DNA of 64,000 bases from an uncultured Candidatus Saccharibacteria bacterium (lineage in GTDB: Bacteria > Patescibacteriota > Minisyncoccia > Phycocordibacterales > UBA918). The position numbers and the translations under genes are program-made. Positions 1 to 9,720 of the stretch are shown piece by piece. Position 1 is the first letter of the stretch; the number at the start of each line of letters is the position of its first letter. The DNA is taken from the NCBI GenBank assembly GCA_964469295.1, contig CAYXYJ010000006.1, forward strand, positions 4,682 to 68,681, read 5' to 3'. Below the pieces are notes generated by a model that saw nothing but the letters and a program-made list of their open reading frames with translations, did not search any database and had not been told where the DNA came from.

Positions 1-2
1 TT

Positions 3-140
3 ATCTATGGTGGGTCGGTTAAACCAGACACTGCCCCAGTGTTATATCGTGATGGTGCGGTTGATGGATTTTTAGTTGGTGGAGCCAGTTTGATCGCTAA
101 AGATTTTTTGGCAATTATTAGCGCTGTTGCCAATTCCTAA
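3..140 (+). CDS. tpiA: triosephosphate isomerase, C-terminal fragment (gene begins upstream of window)
   Basis: Frame ending at TAA 138-140 translates ...[45 protein letters not shown], the conserved TIM C-terminus (GGSVK, LVGGASL); immediately followed by pgk as in many bacteria. Confidence 0.7.
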   Translation: MYGGSVKPDTAPVLYRDGAVDGFLVGGASLIAKDFLAIISAVANS

Positions 141-151
141 TTTTATCATCT

Positions 152-1279
152 ATGCGAATTATCACCGAAGAAAGAAACTTAAAAGGAAAATACGTTATTG
201 TCCGTTCATCATGTAATGTTCCTTTGGATGACAATGGTCAAGTAACGAACAGGTATCGCCTAAAACGAGCGTTACCAACTTTACAATTTTTACGCGATGC
301 CGGAGCCCGAACTATCCTCTTAGCACACATTGGTCGTGAAGAAACTGATACGCTTCGACCGGTATTTGATGCCTTTTTGACATTAATTCCGATGACGTGG
401 GGTGGTAACGTCGGCAAAGCAGAATTGCTAACAGCACGCAATCAAATGTCTGACGGCGATATTGTTATGGTGGAAAATCTTCGGCAAGATGCCAGAGAAG
501 CCAATAATGATACAACCTTCGCTGCCGAATTGGCCGAATTGGGTGATATCTATGTTGATGACGCTTTTGATAACATTCATCGCGAACACGCGTCAATGGT
601 TGGCATCCCGACACTGTTACCGAGTTTTGCCGGGATTACGTTGGCTGAAGAAGTTGCCCATTTATCAGCCGTGATGACACCACAACCACCAGCGTTACTG
701 ATGCTTGGTGGTGCAAAATTTGAAACGAAGTTGCCACTGATCGAAAAGTATCTTGCGTTGTACGATCAAGTATTTGTGGGTGGAGCGTTGGCTAATGACA
801 TTCTGCTCGCTGATGGTCACACTGTGGGCACATCATTAGTATCCGAGATGTCATTGCGTGGGTTACCATTTTTAATGAGTGAAAAGTTACTCCGTCCGGT
901 GGATGTAGTAGTCACGAGTGAACGGGGTCAACGGACGTGCGCCGTATCAGCAGTAATGGCTGACGAAAAAATTATCGATATGGGTCCAGACACCGTAGCG
1001 ATGTTGGCACCGTATATCACCAACGCTAAAACCATTTTATGGAATGGACCATTAGGGATATATGAAAGTGGTGCGGGGGGGAGTACCGAAGCCGTGGCAC
1101 AGTTGGTGGCAAACAGTGCGGCCATGAGTGTCATTGGCGGTGGCGACACCGTCGCTGCGGTCGAAGCGCTGGGTATTAATGATAAATTTGGTTTTGTTTC
1201 AATTGGCGGTGGTGCCATGTTGACGTTGCTTGAATCGGGAACGACTCCGGCATTGACGGCATTGGGATATCGTCCTTAA
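152..1279 (+). CDS. pgk: phosphoglycerate kinase
   Basis: 375-aa ORF; N-terminal KGKYVIVRSSCNVPLDDNG, LLAHIGRE and the C-terminal hinge/ATP-binding region are PGK-typical. Confidence 0.9.
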   Translation: MRIITEERNLKGKYVIVRSSCNVPLDDNGQVTNRYRLKRALPTLQFLRDAGARTILLAHIGREETDTLRPVFDAFLTLIPMTWGGNVGKAELLTARNQMSDGDIVMVENLRQDAREANNDTTFAAELAELGDIYVDDAFDNIHREHASMVGIPTLLPSFAGITLAEEVAHLSAVMTPQPPALLMLGGAKFETKLPLIEKYLALYDQVFVGGALANDILLADGHTVGTSLVSEMSLRGLPFLMSEKLLRPVDVVVTSERGQRTCAVSAVMADEKIIDMGPDTVAMLAPYITNAKTILWNGPLGIYESGAGGSTEAVAQLVANSAAMSVIGGGDTVAAVEALGINDKFGFVSIGGGAMLTLLESGTTPALTALGYRP

Positions 1280-1298
1280 GTACACGACCGAACCGATA

Positions 1299-1330
1299 CC
1301 AAAAGAACCGCCAAGTAGCGGTTCTTTTGG
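1299..1330. terminator. bidirectional intrinsic terminator between pgk(+) and HIT(-)
   Basis: perfect 13-bp stem ccaaaagaaccgc / gcggttcttttgg with T/A runs on both sides. Confidence 0.6.
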
Positions 1331-1340
1331 TGCGTATTAA

Positions 1341-1760
1341 TTAAGAAAGTGCACGGCTAATCGTGTTTGCAATCTGTATCGATTCATCATCAATATACCG
1401 AATATGGTTTGGAGTGGCGAGTGCATGATCGTGTTTGTTGCGAGGGACTACATGAAAATGAGCATGAAACACTTCTTGGCCAGCCGCTTCGCCACAATTC
1501 ATGATGACATTGACGGCGGTTCCCAATCCTGCCTTGATGAGAGCATTACCCACTTTCTTTGTGGTGTTCATTAAATGTCCGAGGTGCTCAGCATCACCAT
1601 CCAAAATATTGGTAAACGGAATTTTAGGAACAACGAGCGTATGACCTTTGGTGATTGGTTCGATGGTGAGAAAGGCGATAGTGTGTTCGTCTTCATATAC
1701 AATCGCCGCTGGAATTTCACGATTGATAATACGGGTAAAAATTGATGGTTCGGTAGACAT
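1341..1760 (-). CDS. HIT-family (histidine triad) nucleotide hydrolase
   Basis: 139 aa; histidine triad HAHFHVVPR near the C-terminus; overall HinT-like. Confidence 0.85.
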   Translation of the reverse strand: MSTEPSIFTRIINREIPAAIVYEDEHTIAFLTIEPITKGHTLVVPKIPFTNILDGDAEHLGHLMNTTKKVGNALIKAGLGTAVNVIMNCGEAAGQEVFHAHFHVVPRNKHDHALATPNHIRYIDDESIQIANTISRALS

Positions 1761-1791
1761 ATCGTGAATATGGTACCATGAAGCGATTCCT

Positions 1792-3456
1792 ATGACACGT
1801 CCGTATACTGTGGTGTGTAATACTACACCCGAAACTCTCCTGACTGATTTACTCGTGACGCGAGGGGTAATGACCCGTGATGAGCAAGAAGCATTTTGTC
1901 GTCCTGATTATGACAGGCTTCATGATCCGCTGTTGTTGCATGATATGCCGGTGGCTATCAAAAGAATTATGGCAGCCGTTGAAGCAGAAGAACATATCGC
2001 GATTTTCAGTGATTATGACTGCGATGGTATTCCTGGAGCAGTAGTGCTCCATGATTGCTTCACAGCAATTGGACACAAAAATTTTTCCAATGTTATTCCA
2101 CATCGTCACTATGAGGGATTTGGATTGAGTGTCGAAGCGGTGCACAAAATGGCTGATGCGGGAGCAACACTGATTATTACCATCGATTGTGGGACGACTG
2201 ATGTTGAGGCGGTTGCCGTGGCTCGGGAACGTGGCGTTGATGTCATCGTTACTGATCACCATGAACCGGGTGCGATTTTGCCAAACGCAGTAGCGATAGT
2301 AAACCCAAAGTTAGGTGAATACCCCTTTCCACATTTGTGCGGCGCTGGAGTGGCATTTAAAGTCGCTCAAGCGCTGGTGGCAACCGAAAAATTTACGGTA
2401 ACACCTGGTCAAGAAAAATGGTGGCTCGATATGGTCGGAATCGCGACCATTGCTGACATGGTACCACTGGTTGGTGAAAATAGAATTTTGGCTCATTTCG
2501 GATTATTGGTGTTGCGTAAATCTCGCCGACTAGGTCTGCAACAACTGTTACGAAAAAATCGAATTCCGCAACAGTATCTGACCGAAGAAGATATTGGATT
2601 TACTATTGGGCCACGTATTAATGCTGCGTCACGGATGGACGCACCGGAAGACGCGTTTCATTTATTGACCGCAACCGAAGATGTCGTTGCTGGACACTAT
2701 GTTGATCATTTAGAGCGACTGAATACTGATCGCAAAACTGCCGTTGCACTTATGACGCGCGAAATTCATGGACGAATGCGTGATCTCATTGAGGTGCCAC
2801 CGGTGATTGTAATGGGAAATCCATTATGGCGCCCGGCTCTTGTGGGGTTGGCGGCAAACAAATTAGCTGAAGAATATAATAGACCAGTCTTTTTGTGGGG
2901 ACGCGACGGAAATGAAGTGATCAAAGGTTCTTGTCGTAGTGGCAACGATGTCAGTGTTGTGAAGTTAATGGAAGCGACAGCCAGTGCATTTATTGAATTT
3001 GGTGGCCATCATGCGTCTGGCGGATTTTCGGTGTATGAACCACACATCCATACATTGCCAGAGCAGTTGATAGAGATGTACACCCAACTAGGTGCAAGCG
3101 TGACCATTGCTACCGAAACACAAGTAGATGCAGAATTACGGCTACAAGATATCTCTCGTGTGAAGCCCACACTCGCAACCCTGGCACCATTTGGCAGCGG
3201 TCATCATCGTCCCCTCTTTGCGTTTCCGTCGGTACAACCAGTAGTGGTAGAACAGTTTGGCAAGGGGAGTGAACATACCAAGCTGGTGTTCAAAGTCGAT
3301 CGTGACACTATTGAAGGGATAGCTTTTTTTACCACCCCAGATCGTTTCACTCACTCTCCCCAAATCAATGTACCGTGTACAGTGCTTGCTCATATCGAAG
3401 ATAGCTTTTTTGCAGGGCGACGGTCGACCCGTTTACGAATTGTTGATATTGTCTAA
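1792..3456 (+). CDS. recJ: single-stranded-DNA-specific exonuclease RecJ (DHH/DHHA1 family)
   Basis: 554 aa; DYDCDG and DHHEPG (DHH motif) plus GGHHASGG (DHHA1) motifs. Confidence 0.88.
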   Translation: MTRPYTVVCNTTPETLLTDLLVTRGVMTRDEQEAFCRPDYDRLHDPLLLHDMPVAIKRIMAAVEAEEHIAIFSDYDCDGIPGAVVLHDCFTAIGHKNFSNVIPHRHYEGFGLSVEAVHKMADAGATLIITIDCGTTDVEAVAVARERGVDVIVTDHHEPGAILPNAVAIVNPKLGEYPFPHLCGAGVAFKVAQALVATEKFTVTPGQEKWWLDMVGIATIADMVPLVGENRILAHFGLLVLRKSRRLGLQQLLRKNRIPQQYLTEEDIGFTIGPRINAASRMDAPEDAFHLLTATEDVVAGHYVDHLERLNTDRKTAVALMTREIHGRMRDLIEVPPVIVMGNPLWRPALVGLAANKLAEEYNRPVFLWGRDGNEVIKGSCRSGNDVSVVKLMEATASAFIEFGGHHASGGFSVYEPHIHTLPEQLIEMYTQLGASVTIATETQVDAELRLQDISRVKPTLATLAPFGSGHHRPLFAFPSVQPVVVEQFGKGSEHTKLVFKVDRDTIEGIAFFTTPDRFTHSPQINVPCTVLAHIEDSFFAGRRSTRLRIVDIV

Positions 3457-3463
3457 AAGACAC

Positions 3464-3498
3464 AAAACGGGGGGCGCCTGCGGCGCCCCCCGTTTTGT
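3464..3498 (+). terminator. intrinsic terminator after recJ
   Basis: 15-bp GC-rich stem aaaacggggggcgcc / ggcgccccccgtttt followed by T-run. Confidence 0.7.
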
Positions 3499-3512
3499 GC
3501 TATAGTGACACC

Positions 3513-3935
3513 ATGAAAAAAGTTATCTGCTTTACAGACGGGGGAGCGCGAGGTAATCCTGGCCCAGCGGCAATTGGAGTATTTATTACTGACGAACGAG
3601 GAGTCGTATTAAAAGAAGTTGGACAAACGATTGGCAACAGTACAAATAATTTTGCGGAGTACCAAGCCGTTTTAGTGGGACTCGAAACTGTAAAGCAGGT
3701 GTTAGGGAAAGCGACCAAAATTACTGAGGTAGAAATTCGTCTTGATAGCGAATTAGTGAAGAAACAATTGAATCACGAATATCAGATTAAAGAGCCAGGT
3801 CTCGTACCCATGTTTATCGCGATTCATAATCTGCGGGTTTCGAATTTTCCGCACCTCACCCTCACCCATGTGCCACGCGCAGAGAACAAAGAGGCCGACC
3901 GGTTGGTGAATGAAGCTCTTGACGGAAAGCGGTAA
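3513..3935 (+). CDS. rnhA: ribonuclease HI
   Basis: MKKVICFTDGGARGNPGPAAIG... with NNFAEYQAVL and the C-terminal D/E catalytic residues typical of RNase H type 1; start moved to ATG 3513 inside the 3495 ORF. Confidence 0.85.
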   Translation: MKKVICFTDGGARGNPGPAAIGVFITDERGVVLKEVGQTIGNSTNNFAEYQAVLVGLETVKQVLGKATKITEVEIRLDSELVKKQLNHEYQIKEPGLVPMFIAIHNLRVSNFPHLTLTHVPRAENKEADRLVNEALDGKR

Positions 3936-3951
3936 TATACGGTACCGTAAG

Positions 3952-3981
3952 GCACACCCAATTTGGTGGGTGTGCTCTTTT
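3952..3981 (+). terminator. intrinsic terminator after rnhA
   Basis: stem gcacaccca / tgggtgtgc followed by tctttta. Confidence 0.55.
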
Positions 3982-3994
3982 ACAGGGAGATGCG

Positions 3995-4294
3995 ATGAAA
4001 AAGAAGTACTTTACCGAACCCAAGGTGGTGTCGGTTCCGCCTGATCTTGATGTGTCAATGCTTGACACCAGGTCGCTCTGTCATGAGCATTTCAAGCTGG
4101 ATCGAGCCATCGAAAATCGTCCCGATTATTGCCTGGGCGAAGGGTTGTCAATCGCCATCGCCAAGGCAACGAAATGTGCAGTGAAAACGGAAATCGCCAA
4201 ACGAGCGATCGCGGGCGACGTCGTGGCTGTACGCTATGCAAAACAACGTAAGTGGGGCGAGAAGGTCCCCGTGAAGCTGATGGCGGCTGAATGA
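3995..4294 (+). CDS. hypothetical protein (99 aa)
   Basis: ORF preceded by a good SD (agggaga, 6 nt before ATG); no recognisable family; its 3' half begins a GC-rich block. Confidence 0.5.
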   Translation: MKKKYFTEPKVVSVPPDLDVSMLDTRSLCHEHFKLDRAIENRPDYCLGEGLSIAIAKATKCAVKTEIAKRAIAGDVVAVRYAKQRKWGEKVPVKLMAAE

Positions 4295-4619
4295 CCTATC
4301 GCCGGCGGCGGGTGAATCACCGCATCGGACACTTTCGCCACCAGGCGAATGGATCGAAGCGGTGTCAGCTGTTTGTTGCCATCAAACGGTGGTGGCGCGG
4401 ACATTGAAATGATGCGGGGCGCGCGACAGCGCGCCTCCAACCGACCGATCTAGTATCAAAAAGCCTGACGGTCTTTTCTTTTTTTGCCCAAACAATAGTT
4501 TGCGTGTAGTGGTCATTAGGTATAAGCTAAATAGCAGACATGCTTTGCGCGTCTCGAGGGGAGAACGGCATGTCGATAACAAGTAAGAAGTAACAAAAAA
4601 ACGGAGGCTATAATGCCCC

Positions 4620-4893
4620 GCGTTCACATTCCCCATCCCGCCATCCCTCGTCCCGGTGAATCCGGTGACAAGCGGCGGAGGTTTGGTCCTTTCGCCTTTC
4701 GACTCTGAACCCCCAGCGGCTTCCTCTCTGGTGACTGGTATCTAACCAGTCACCATGATGAATGCGCGGCACTGTCGGCAGACATCCGCGTACGACTGCG
4801 GGGGGCATTCCGCTCGATCTGTCCGTTCAAACGGATGGAAGGAATCGCTTCGGCGATTCGCGCCCCGGTCACATTGGCCGGGGCGATTTTGTT
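4620..4893 (+). ncRNA. candidate structured non-coding RNA (unidentified) inside a GC-rich intergenic block 4295-4907
   Basis: No ORF >85 aa in any frame over 600 bp; perfect TATAAT at ~4609-4614; several perfect hairpins (ggtgactgg/ccagtcacc ~4730-4757; gaatcgc-UUCG-gcgattc 4842-4859; cgccccgg/ccggggcg + attttg 4861-4893 = terminator-like 3' end). Confidence 0.25.
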
Positions 4894-4907
4894 ACACTAT
4901 CTAGGTA

Positions 4908-6536
4908 ATGTCTAACCATCTATTTTATAGTTCCGTCATTAGTTTTTTGATTGGAGTAATGATTGGATCATTGTACAACATTGCACTGTTCATTCCGTAC
5001 ATATTTTTAATCGGAGCATTTCTCGGGGCTCTTATCTGGCGCTCACTTCCATCAAGTGAAATAGTTTTTACAAAATTGCTTTTACTATCAATTACCGTTG
5101 TGTGCGGATTGTCAGTAGGAATGTGGCGCTATGCTATCGTAGCCGATCAATTACAAGAGACTGTTTTGAATAATGTCACCAATCAAACCGTTACCATTAT
5201 CGGGACGGTAATCAGAGAGCCAGACCGACGATTAGCGTCATCTCTCGTGACTGTAGAAACTTCTGATACACGGGTACTGGTACGAACTGACCGTAACGCA
5301 AGGGTGGCCTATGGTGATGTGATAGAAGTGACGGGGAAACTGGAAACACCAGAAGATTTTATTACTGAGTATAATCGCATCTTTCCCTATGAGGGATATT
5401 TATTGGCTCGTGGAGTGACTCATACGATGTCATTTGTGGATTTGGTTATCATTGAAAATGGATCGCCGTTTACCATACCGCGGTTTTTGAGTACGTTTAA
5501 GACGTATTTTTTATCACGGTTATCACTTGTATTGCCGGAACCGGCGTATGGACTTGGTGTCGGTATGTTGCTTGGAATCAATGGCTCATTAGGAGAACAT
5601 TTAGACAAAGTATTTCGTACGACTGGCCTTAGTCATATTGTCGTATTGTCTGGATACAACATCATGTTGGTGGTGGCGTTTACTTTATTTGTATTGGGAT
5701 TCGTCTTGCCGTGGCGGTGGCGATTGTGGCTGGCTGGGGTGATGGTAATTGTGTTTGTCGTGATGGTGGGGTATTCGCCAAGTGTCGTGCGTGCTGCGAT
5801 TATGGCGATTATATTTTTATTACTGACAAGTATTGGTCGTCCGTATGATGTGGTGCGAGCACTCGTTATTGCTGCGGGAGTGATGGTGTTTATGAACCCG
5901 TATATTTTGCGGTACGACATTGGTTTCCAATTATCTTGTATGGCGACACTGGGGCTGCTGATGATTACGCCACAACTGGAAATAGCGTTTACCAAATTAT
6001 CAGTGTGGTTATCTGTTCGTACGTTTCTGGCGTCGACGGTGGCGGCGCAGGTCGCCGTGCTTCCACTCGTGCTGTACCATATCGGACAATGGTCGCTTGT
6101 GGCGTTGCCCGCTAACGTTTTAGTGGTGCCGCTGGTTCCGTTGGCGATGCTTGGGACTATGGTGACTGGTGTGGTGTCGCTTCTGTCCGTATCACTGGCG
6201 ATACCGTTGGCGATGATTACCACACTGATTTTGAATACTATGATTATGATTGCCTCATGGCTAGCGTCGTGGCCATTTGCCGCAGTGATAGTGCCGTCAT
6301 TTCCGGCAGTATTGTTGATTCTCATGTATGGCGGTTTGGGATACTTATGGTATTGGTGGCAACAACAATCAACGCAAATAATCAATCACTCCTCAGATAA
6401 TGATATACATGGCTGGACAGTAGAAACTGAAGTCATGGTGCAGTCACGACAGTTGTTGGTAAAGAATGCCACCACCACGTCAATTGACGTGGTGGTGGCA
6501 GAATCAGATTCACCCGAACCAATATTTTTTCGGTAA
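4908..6536 (+). CDS. comEC: ComEC/Rec2 DNA-internalisation channel, N-terminal part (DUF4131 + competence domain), lacking the MBL domain
   Basis: 542-aa polytopic membrane protein; VVLSGYNIMLV ... GYSPSVVRAAIMA ... motifs characteristic of the ComEC competence domain. Confidence 0.8.
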   Translation: MSNHLFYSSVISFLIGVMIGSLYNIALFIPYIFLIGAFLGALIWRSLPSSEIVFTKLLLLSITVVCGLSVGMWRYAIVADQLQETVLNNVTNQTVTIIGTVIREPDRRLASSLVTVETSDTRVLVRTDRNARVAYGDVIEVTGKLETPEDFITEYNRIFPYEGYLLARGVTHTMSFVDLVIIENGSPFTIPRFLSTFKTYFLSRLSLVLPEPAYGLGVGMLLGINGSLGEHLDKVFRTTGLSHIVVLSGYNIMLVVAFTLFVLGFVLPWRWRLWLAGVMVIVFVVMVGYSPSVVRAAIMAIIFLLLTSIGRPYDVVRALVIAAGVMVFMNPYILRYDIGFQLSCMATLGLLMITPQLEIAFTKLSVWLSVRTFLASTVAAQVAVLPLVLYHIGQWSLVALPANVLVVPLVPLAMLGTMVTGVVSLLSVSLAIPLAMITTLILNTMIMIASWLASWPFAAVIVPSFPAVLLILMYGGLGYLWYWWQQQSTQIINHSSDNDIHGWTVETEVMVQSRQLLVKNATTTSIDVVVAESDSPEPIFFR

Positions 6537-6542
6537 TACGTA

Positions 6543-7121
6543 TTACAGCACCCGATTATTTACCACTGACCAGTTTAGATTAGTAAAGAAAGCGTCAATG
6601 TATTGCTTTTTATCAGCGGGCACATAATCACGCATATACGCGTGTTCCCACATATCAAGCGCCAAGACAATATCTAAATCAGCTAATTGTCCAATCTGCT
6701 GTTCATCTACCCACGTTTGTACTAGTTGATCAGTGTGTGGATCGTGATACAACATAGCCCAACCGATACCACGACCAAGAGCAATTCGTTTGAATGACTG
6801 CAACCAATTTTCCAAGCTACCCCATTGTCGTTCAATTAATTCTTTCAATTTCCCGTCAGGCAGTGTCGATGAACCACCTTCCAGTTGGGTAAAGTAGTAT
6901 TCATGATTACGCATGCCACAAAATTCAAACCCCAATCGTCGTTGCATCTCGGTAATAGCGTAGGCGTTTTGTTCGGGATCATTACTGTAGGCATCAATTT
7001 TTTCTTGAATAAGATTGACGTGTTTAACGTATCCAGTATACAGCCCGAGATGGATGTCGATAGATTCTTGGCTAATTCCTGTTAATGGACCGATATCAAA
7101 AGTTAATGGTTCGTAGTGCAT
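6543..7121 (-). CDS. sodA: Fe/Mn superoxide dismutase
   Basis: 192 aa; canonical DMWEHAYMRDY signature and N-terminal HH..H metal ligands. Confidence 0.9.
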   Translation of the reverse strand: MHYEPLTFDIGPLTGISQESIDIHLGLYTGYVKHVNLIQEKIDAYSNDPEQNAYAITEMQRRLGFEFCGMRNHEYYFTQLEGGSSTLPDGKLKELIERQWGSLENWLQSFKRIALGRGIGWAMLYHDPHTDQLVQTWVDEQQIGQLADLDIVLALDMWEHAYMRDYVPADKKQYIDAFFTNLNWSVVNNRVL

Positions 7122-7219
7122 AAAATTATTTTAGCATAGGATGTTATGGATAGTGATACGCGGTAACTGGGTAAGTATTGCACCGGTATCGTTGTGCTCA
7201 TCTTGTATACTGAATCAAT

Positions 7220-8080
7220 ATGAAGTTATCTCTGGTGACGCTACGGCTGTTAGCAATAGGGGTATTAGGCACATCAATATTTTTATTACTGACACCACCC
7301 CGAGCGGTAACGATACATAACCAGCACTTGTCGGTAACATTTTTGGACGTTGGCCAAGGTGACGCGATTTTGATTGAGACGCCAGATGGGGTACAGGTGC
7401 TCATTGACGGCGGACCTGACCGCCGGGTAATGAGTGTACTCGCTGCGGAATTACCTTGGTTTGATCGCACGCTTGATTTAGTAATTGGGACACACCCGGA
7501 TCAGGATCATATTGGCGGATTAGTTGATGTGATTGCCAATTATGAGGTCGGGACCTTATTGGTTACCGAAAATCGTGGTGAAACCATGACAGCAACCGCC
7601 TATCGAGAAGCCATTAACGATGAAGCTGCTTCGGTGGTACTCGCGAGAGCCGGGCAAGTATTCGCACTCGGAGCATCAACCACCTTGCGGGTGTTTTCTC
7701 CGGCGAGTGATCCATCATTTTTGGAAAGCAATACCAGTTCGATTGTGGTGCAGGTGGTATATGGCAACACCACATTTCTATTAACCGGAGATGCTCCGGT
7801 TGGTATTGAAAACTATCTGGCAGCGACCTATGGTGCAATATTACAGAGTGATGTTTTGAAATTAGGTCACCATGGGTCAGATACGTCATCGGGTGAGTTG
7901 TTTCTCGATACGGTACAACCCACGTATGCAGTAGTTTCCGCCGGTCGTGATAACCGCTATGGGCATCCGAACCAAGAAGTGATTGATCGAGTAGTGTCAC
8001 ACCACGCTACTATCTATGCGACTGCCGAAAAGGGAAGTGTTACTTTTGTATCTGATGGTTATACGGTTTGGGTGGAGTAA
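7220..8080 (+). CDS. metallo-beta-lactamase domain protein = detached C-terminal nuclease domain of ComEC, with its own N-terminal signal/anchor
   Basis: VTFLDVGQGDAILIETPDG...THPDQDHIGGL (HxHxDH MBL motif), typical ComEC C-terminal domain; N-terminus MKLSLVTLRLLAIGVLGTSIFLLL is hydrophobic. Confidence 0.8.
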   Translation: MKLSLVTLRLLAIGVLGTSIFLLLTPPRAVTIHNQHLSVTFLDVGQGDAILIETPDGVQVLIDGGPDRRVMSVLAAELPWFDRTLDLVIGTHPDQDHIGGLVDVIANYEVGTLLVTENRGETMTATAYREAINDEAASVVLARAGQVFALGASTTLRVFSPASDPSFLESNTSSIVVQVVYGNTTFLLTGDAPVGIENYLAATYGAILQSDVLKLGHHGSDTSSGELFLDTVQPTYAVVSAGRDNRYGHPNQEVIDRVVSHHATIYATAEKGSVTFVSDGYTVWVE

Positions 8081-8126
8081 CGAGAAAAGTGCGGCGGCCC
8101 GTAGGGCCGCCGCACTTTTCTCGTTA
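8078..8126. terminator. bidirectional terminator (20-26-bp perfect stem) between MBL gene(+) and rpmB(-)
   Basis: cgagaaaagtgcggcggccc gta gggccgccgcacttttctcg, extendable by flanking gagtaa/ttactc. Confidence 0.75.
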
Positions 8127-8130
8127 CTCT

Positions 8131-8373
8131 TTAAATCAATTTAGCTTCCTTTAGTGTCTTGTACGCACCGTTTTTAGCGATAGTACGAAGTCCCTTTGTC
8201 GAAACTGTAATCGTCACCGTCTTTTCAATTTCGGGGACATAGACTCGTCGCTTTTGCAGGTTTGGTGCTCGTTTGGTTTTACCAGAAGGATTAAATTGTG
8301 TCGCACGAGTACGGTTACTGTACTTGCCACCAATTTGGGTTTTCTTACCGGTAATGTCGCATTTCTTTGCCAT
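8131..8373 (-). CDS. rpmB: 50S ribosomal protein L28
   Basis: 80 aa, MAKKCDITGKKTQIGGKYSNRTRAT... matches L28. Confidence 0.9.
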   Translation of the reverse strand: MAKKCDITGKKTQIGGKYSNRTRATQFNPSGKTKRAPNLQKRRVYVPEIEKTVTITVSTKGLRTIAKNGAYKTLKEAKLI

Positions 8374-8476
8374 AAACGTTTATTTAAGTCCCGATATACT
8401 ACCACAAGACATTTATAACGCAAGTGCTAATCAAACCGAGTCGCTATCGCGACCGCGCCAGCGTTCCTTGGTATAC

Positions 8477-8503
8477 TTGATAGATACTATATATATGTAT
8501 AAT
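8477..8503 (+). promoter_or_regulatory. putative sigma70-type promoter for the M50 protease gene (TTGATA-N15-TATAAT, with TG immediately upstream of the -10)
   Basis: ttgata at 8477-8482 and tataat at 8498-8503, 8 nt before the ATG at 8512 (leaderless-like). Confidence 0.4.
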
Positions 8504-8511
8504 AGAACTCT

Positions 8512-9141
8512 ATGGAACCATTAACGATTGTGTTGATTATTGGTTTGGTCATGTCGGTAGTATTGCATGAAGTTGGACATGCCTATGCAGCGTACTTTTT
8601 AGGCGATCCGACGGCGCGGTTGGAAGGTCGGTTATCGGTCAATCCGCTCGTGCATATTGATCCGTTTATGTCTGTTATTGTTCCGGGGTTGTTGCTGATG
8701 TCTGGGTCTCCATTATTATTTGGGGCGGCCAAACCAGTACCGTACAATCCCTATAATTTCCGCAATCAAAAATGGGGAGAAGCCATCGTCGCCGCTGCTG
8801 GCCCGGCGGTTAATCTGCTGTTGGCGGTTATATTTGCTGAGGTGGTGCACGTTGGTACCATGATGGGTCTATCAGAAACATTCATTTCACTGTCAGTTAA
8901 TTTGGTGGTGATGAATATTTTCTTGGCAGTATTTAATTTAGTGCCGATTCCACCGCTTGATGGTTCAAAGATTTTGCCACGGTTTTTGCCGTTTTCTTTG
9001 CGAATGCAATACGATTCCTTACGACGGTGGCTCGAACAAAATGCCTTACTGGCGTTTGGACTGGTTATTTTCTTATTTGTGGTTGTCCTCGGCGATACGC
9101 TCTACCGCATCACCCTCACTATCGCAAACTTGCTTTTGTAA
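8512..9141 (+). CDS. site-2 protease family zinc metalloprotease (peptidase M50)
   Basis: 209 aa, polytopic; HEVGHAYAA (HExxH) in first TM region and a second conserved LDG motif (IPPLDGSKIL). Confidence 0.8.
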   Translation: MEPLTIVLIIGLVMSVVLHEVGHAYAAYFLGDPTARLEGRLSVNPLVHIDPFMSVIVPGLLLMSGSPLLFGAAKPVPYNPYNFRNQKWGEAIVAAAGPAVNLLLAVIFAEVVHVGTMMGLSETFISLSVNLVVMNIFLAVFNLVPIPPLDGSKILPRFLPFSLRMQYDSLRRWLEQNALLAFGLVIFLFVVVLGDTLYRITLTIANLLL

Positions 9142-9232
9142 AGTTATTATGGTAATGTATGTACTCCTGTCAGCGTCCGCTGGTGGGAACTGCTCGAACG
9201 GGTCCTACTGGACCTGCCTCAACAACTTGACC

Positions 9233-9266
9233 CCCTGCGTGCTTTACGCCGGGGGTTCTTTTTGTC
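9233..9266 (+). terminator. intrinsic terminator after M50 gene
   Basis: ccccctgcgt gcttt acgccggggg + ttctttttg. Confidence 0.65.
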
Positions 9267-9306
9267 TTGCAAAATCACAATCGGTGTAGTATTCTACGCG
9301 GGCTTT

Positions 9307-9720
9307 ATGGCAACAATCAATCAATTAACCAAAAAGAAGCGTCGCGATCCAATCTCACGAACCAAAACTGGTGCGCTTGATATGGGCTTTAATTCCATCA
9401 TTAATAAGCCCAATTATTACAGTTCACCGTTTAAGCGTGGGGTATGTACCAAAGTAACCACCAAGACGCCACGTAAGCCGAACTCTGCGATTCGTAAAAT
9501 CGCTCGTGTCCGTCTTAGTAATGGTATGGAGGTTACTGCGTACATTCCCGGCATCAAGCACAATTTGCAGGAACACTCGGTGGTCCTCGTGCGTGGTGGT
9601 CGTGTGAAAGACATTGGCGTGAACTACACTATTGTTCGAGGTAAATACGACGCCACTGGCGTAGCCAATCGAACGATGGGGCGATCACGTTACGGCGCCA
9701 AGAAACCAAAGGCTAAGTAA
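9307..9720 (+). CDS. rpsL: 30S ribosomal protein S12
   Basis: MATINQL... [50 protein letters not shown]; start moved to ATG 9307 within the 9262 ORF; weak TTGCAA promoter-like element at 9267-9295. Confidence 0.92.
   Translation: MATINQLTKKKRRDPISRTKTGALDMGFNSIINKPNYYSSPFKRGVCTKVTTKTPRKPNSAIRKIARVRLSNGMEVTAYIPGIKHNLQEHSVVLVRGGRVKDIGVNYTIVRGKYDATGVANRTMGRSRYGAKKPKAK

Noticed and set aside
5633-6385. 250-aa minus-strand ORF inside comEC
   Set aside because: It is antisense to the ComEC membrane domain and has no protein-like features.
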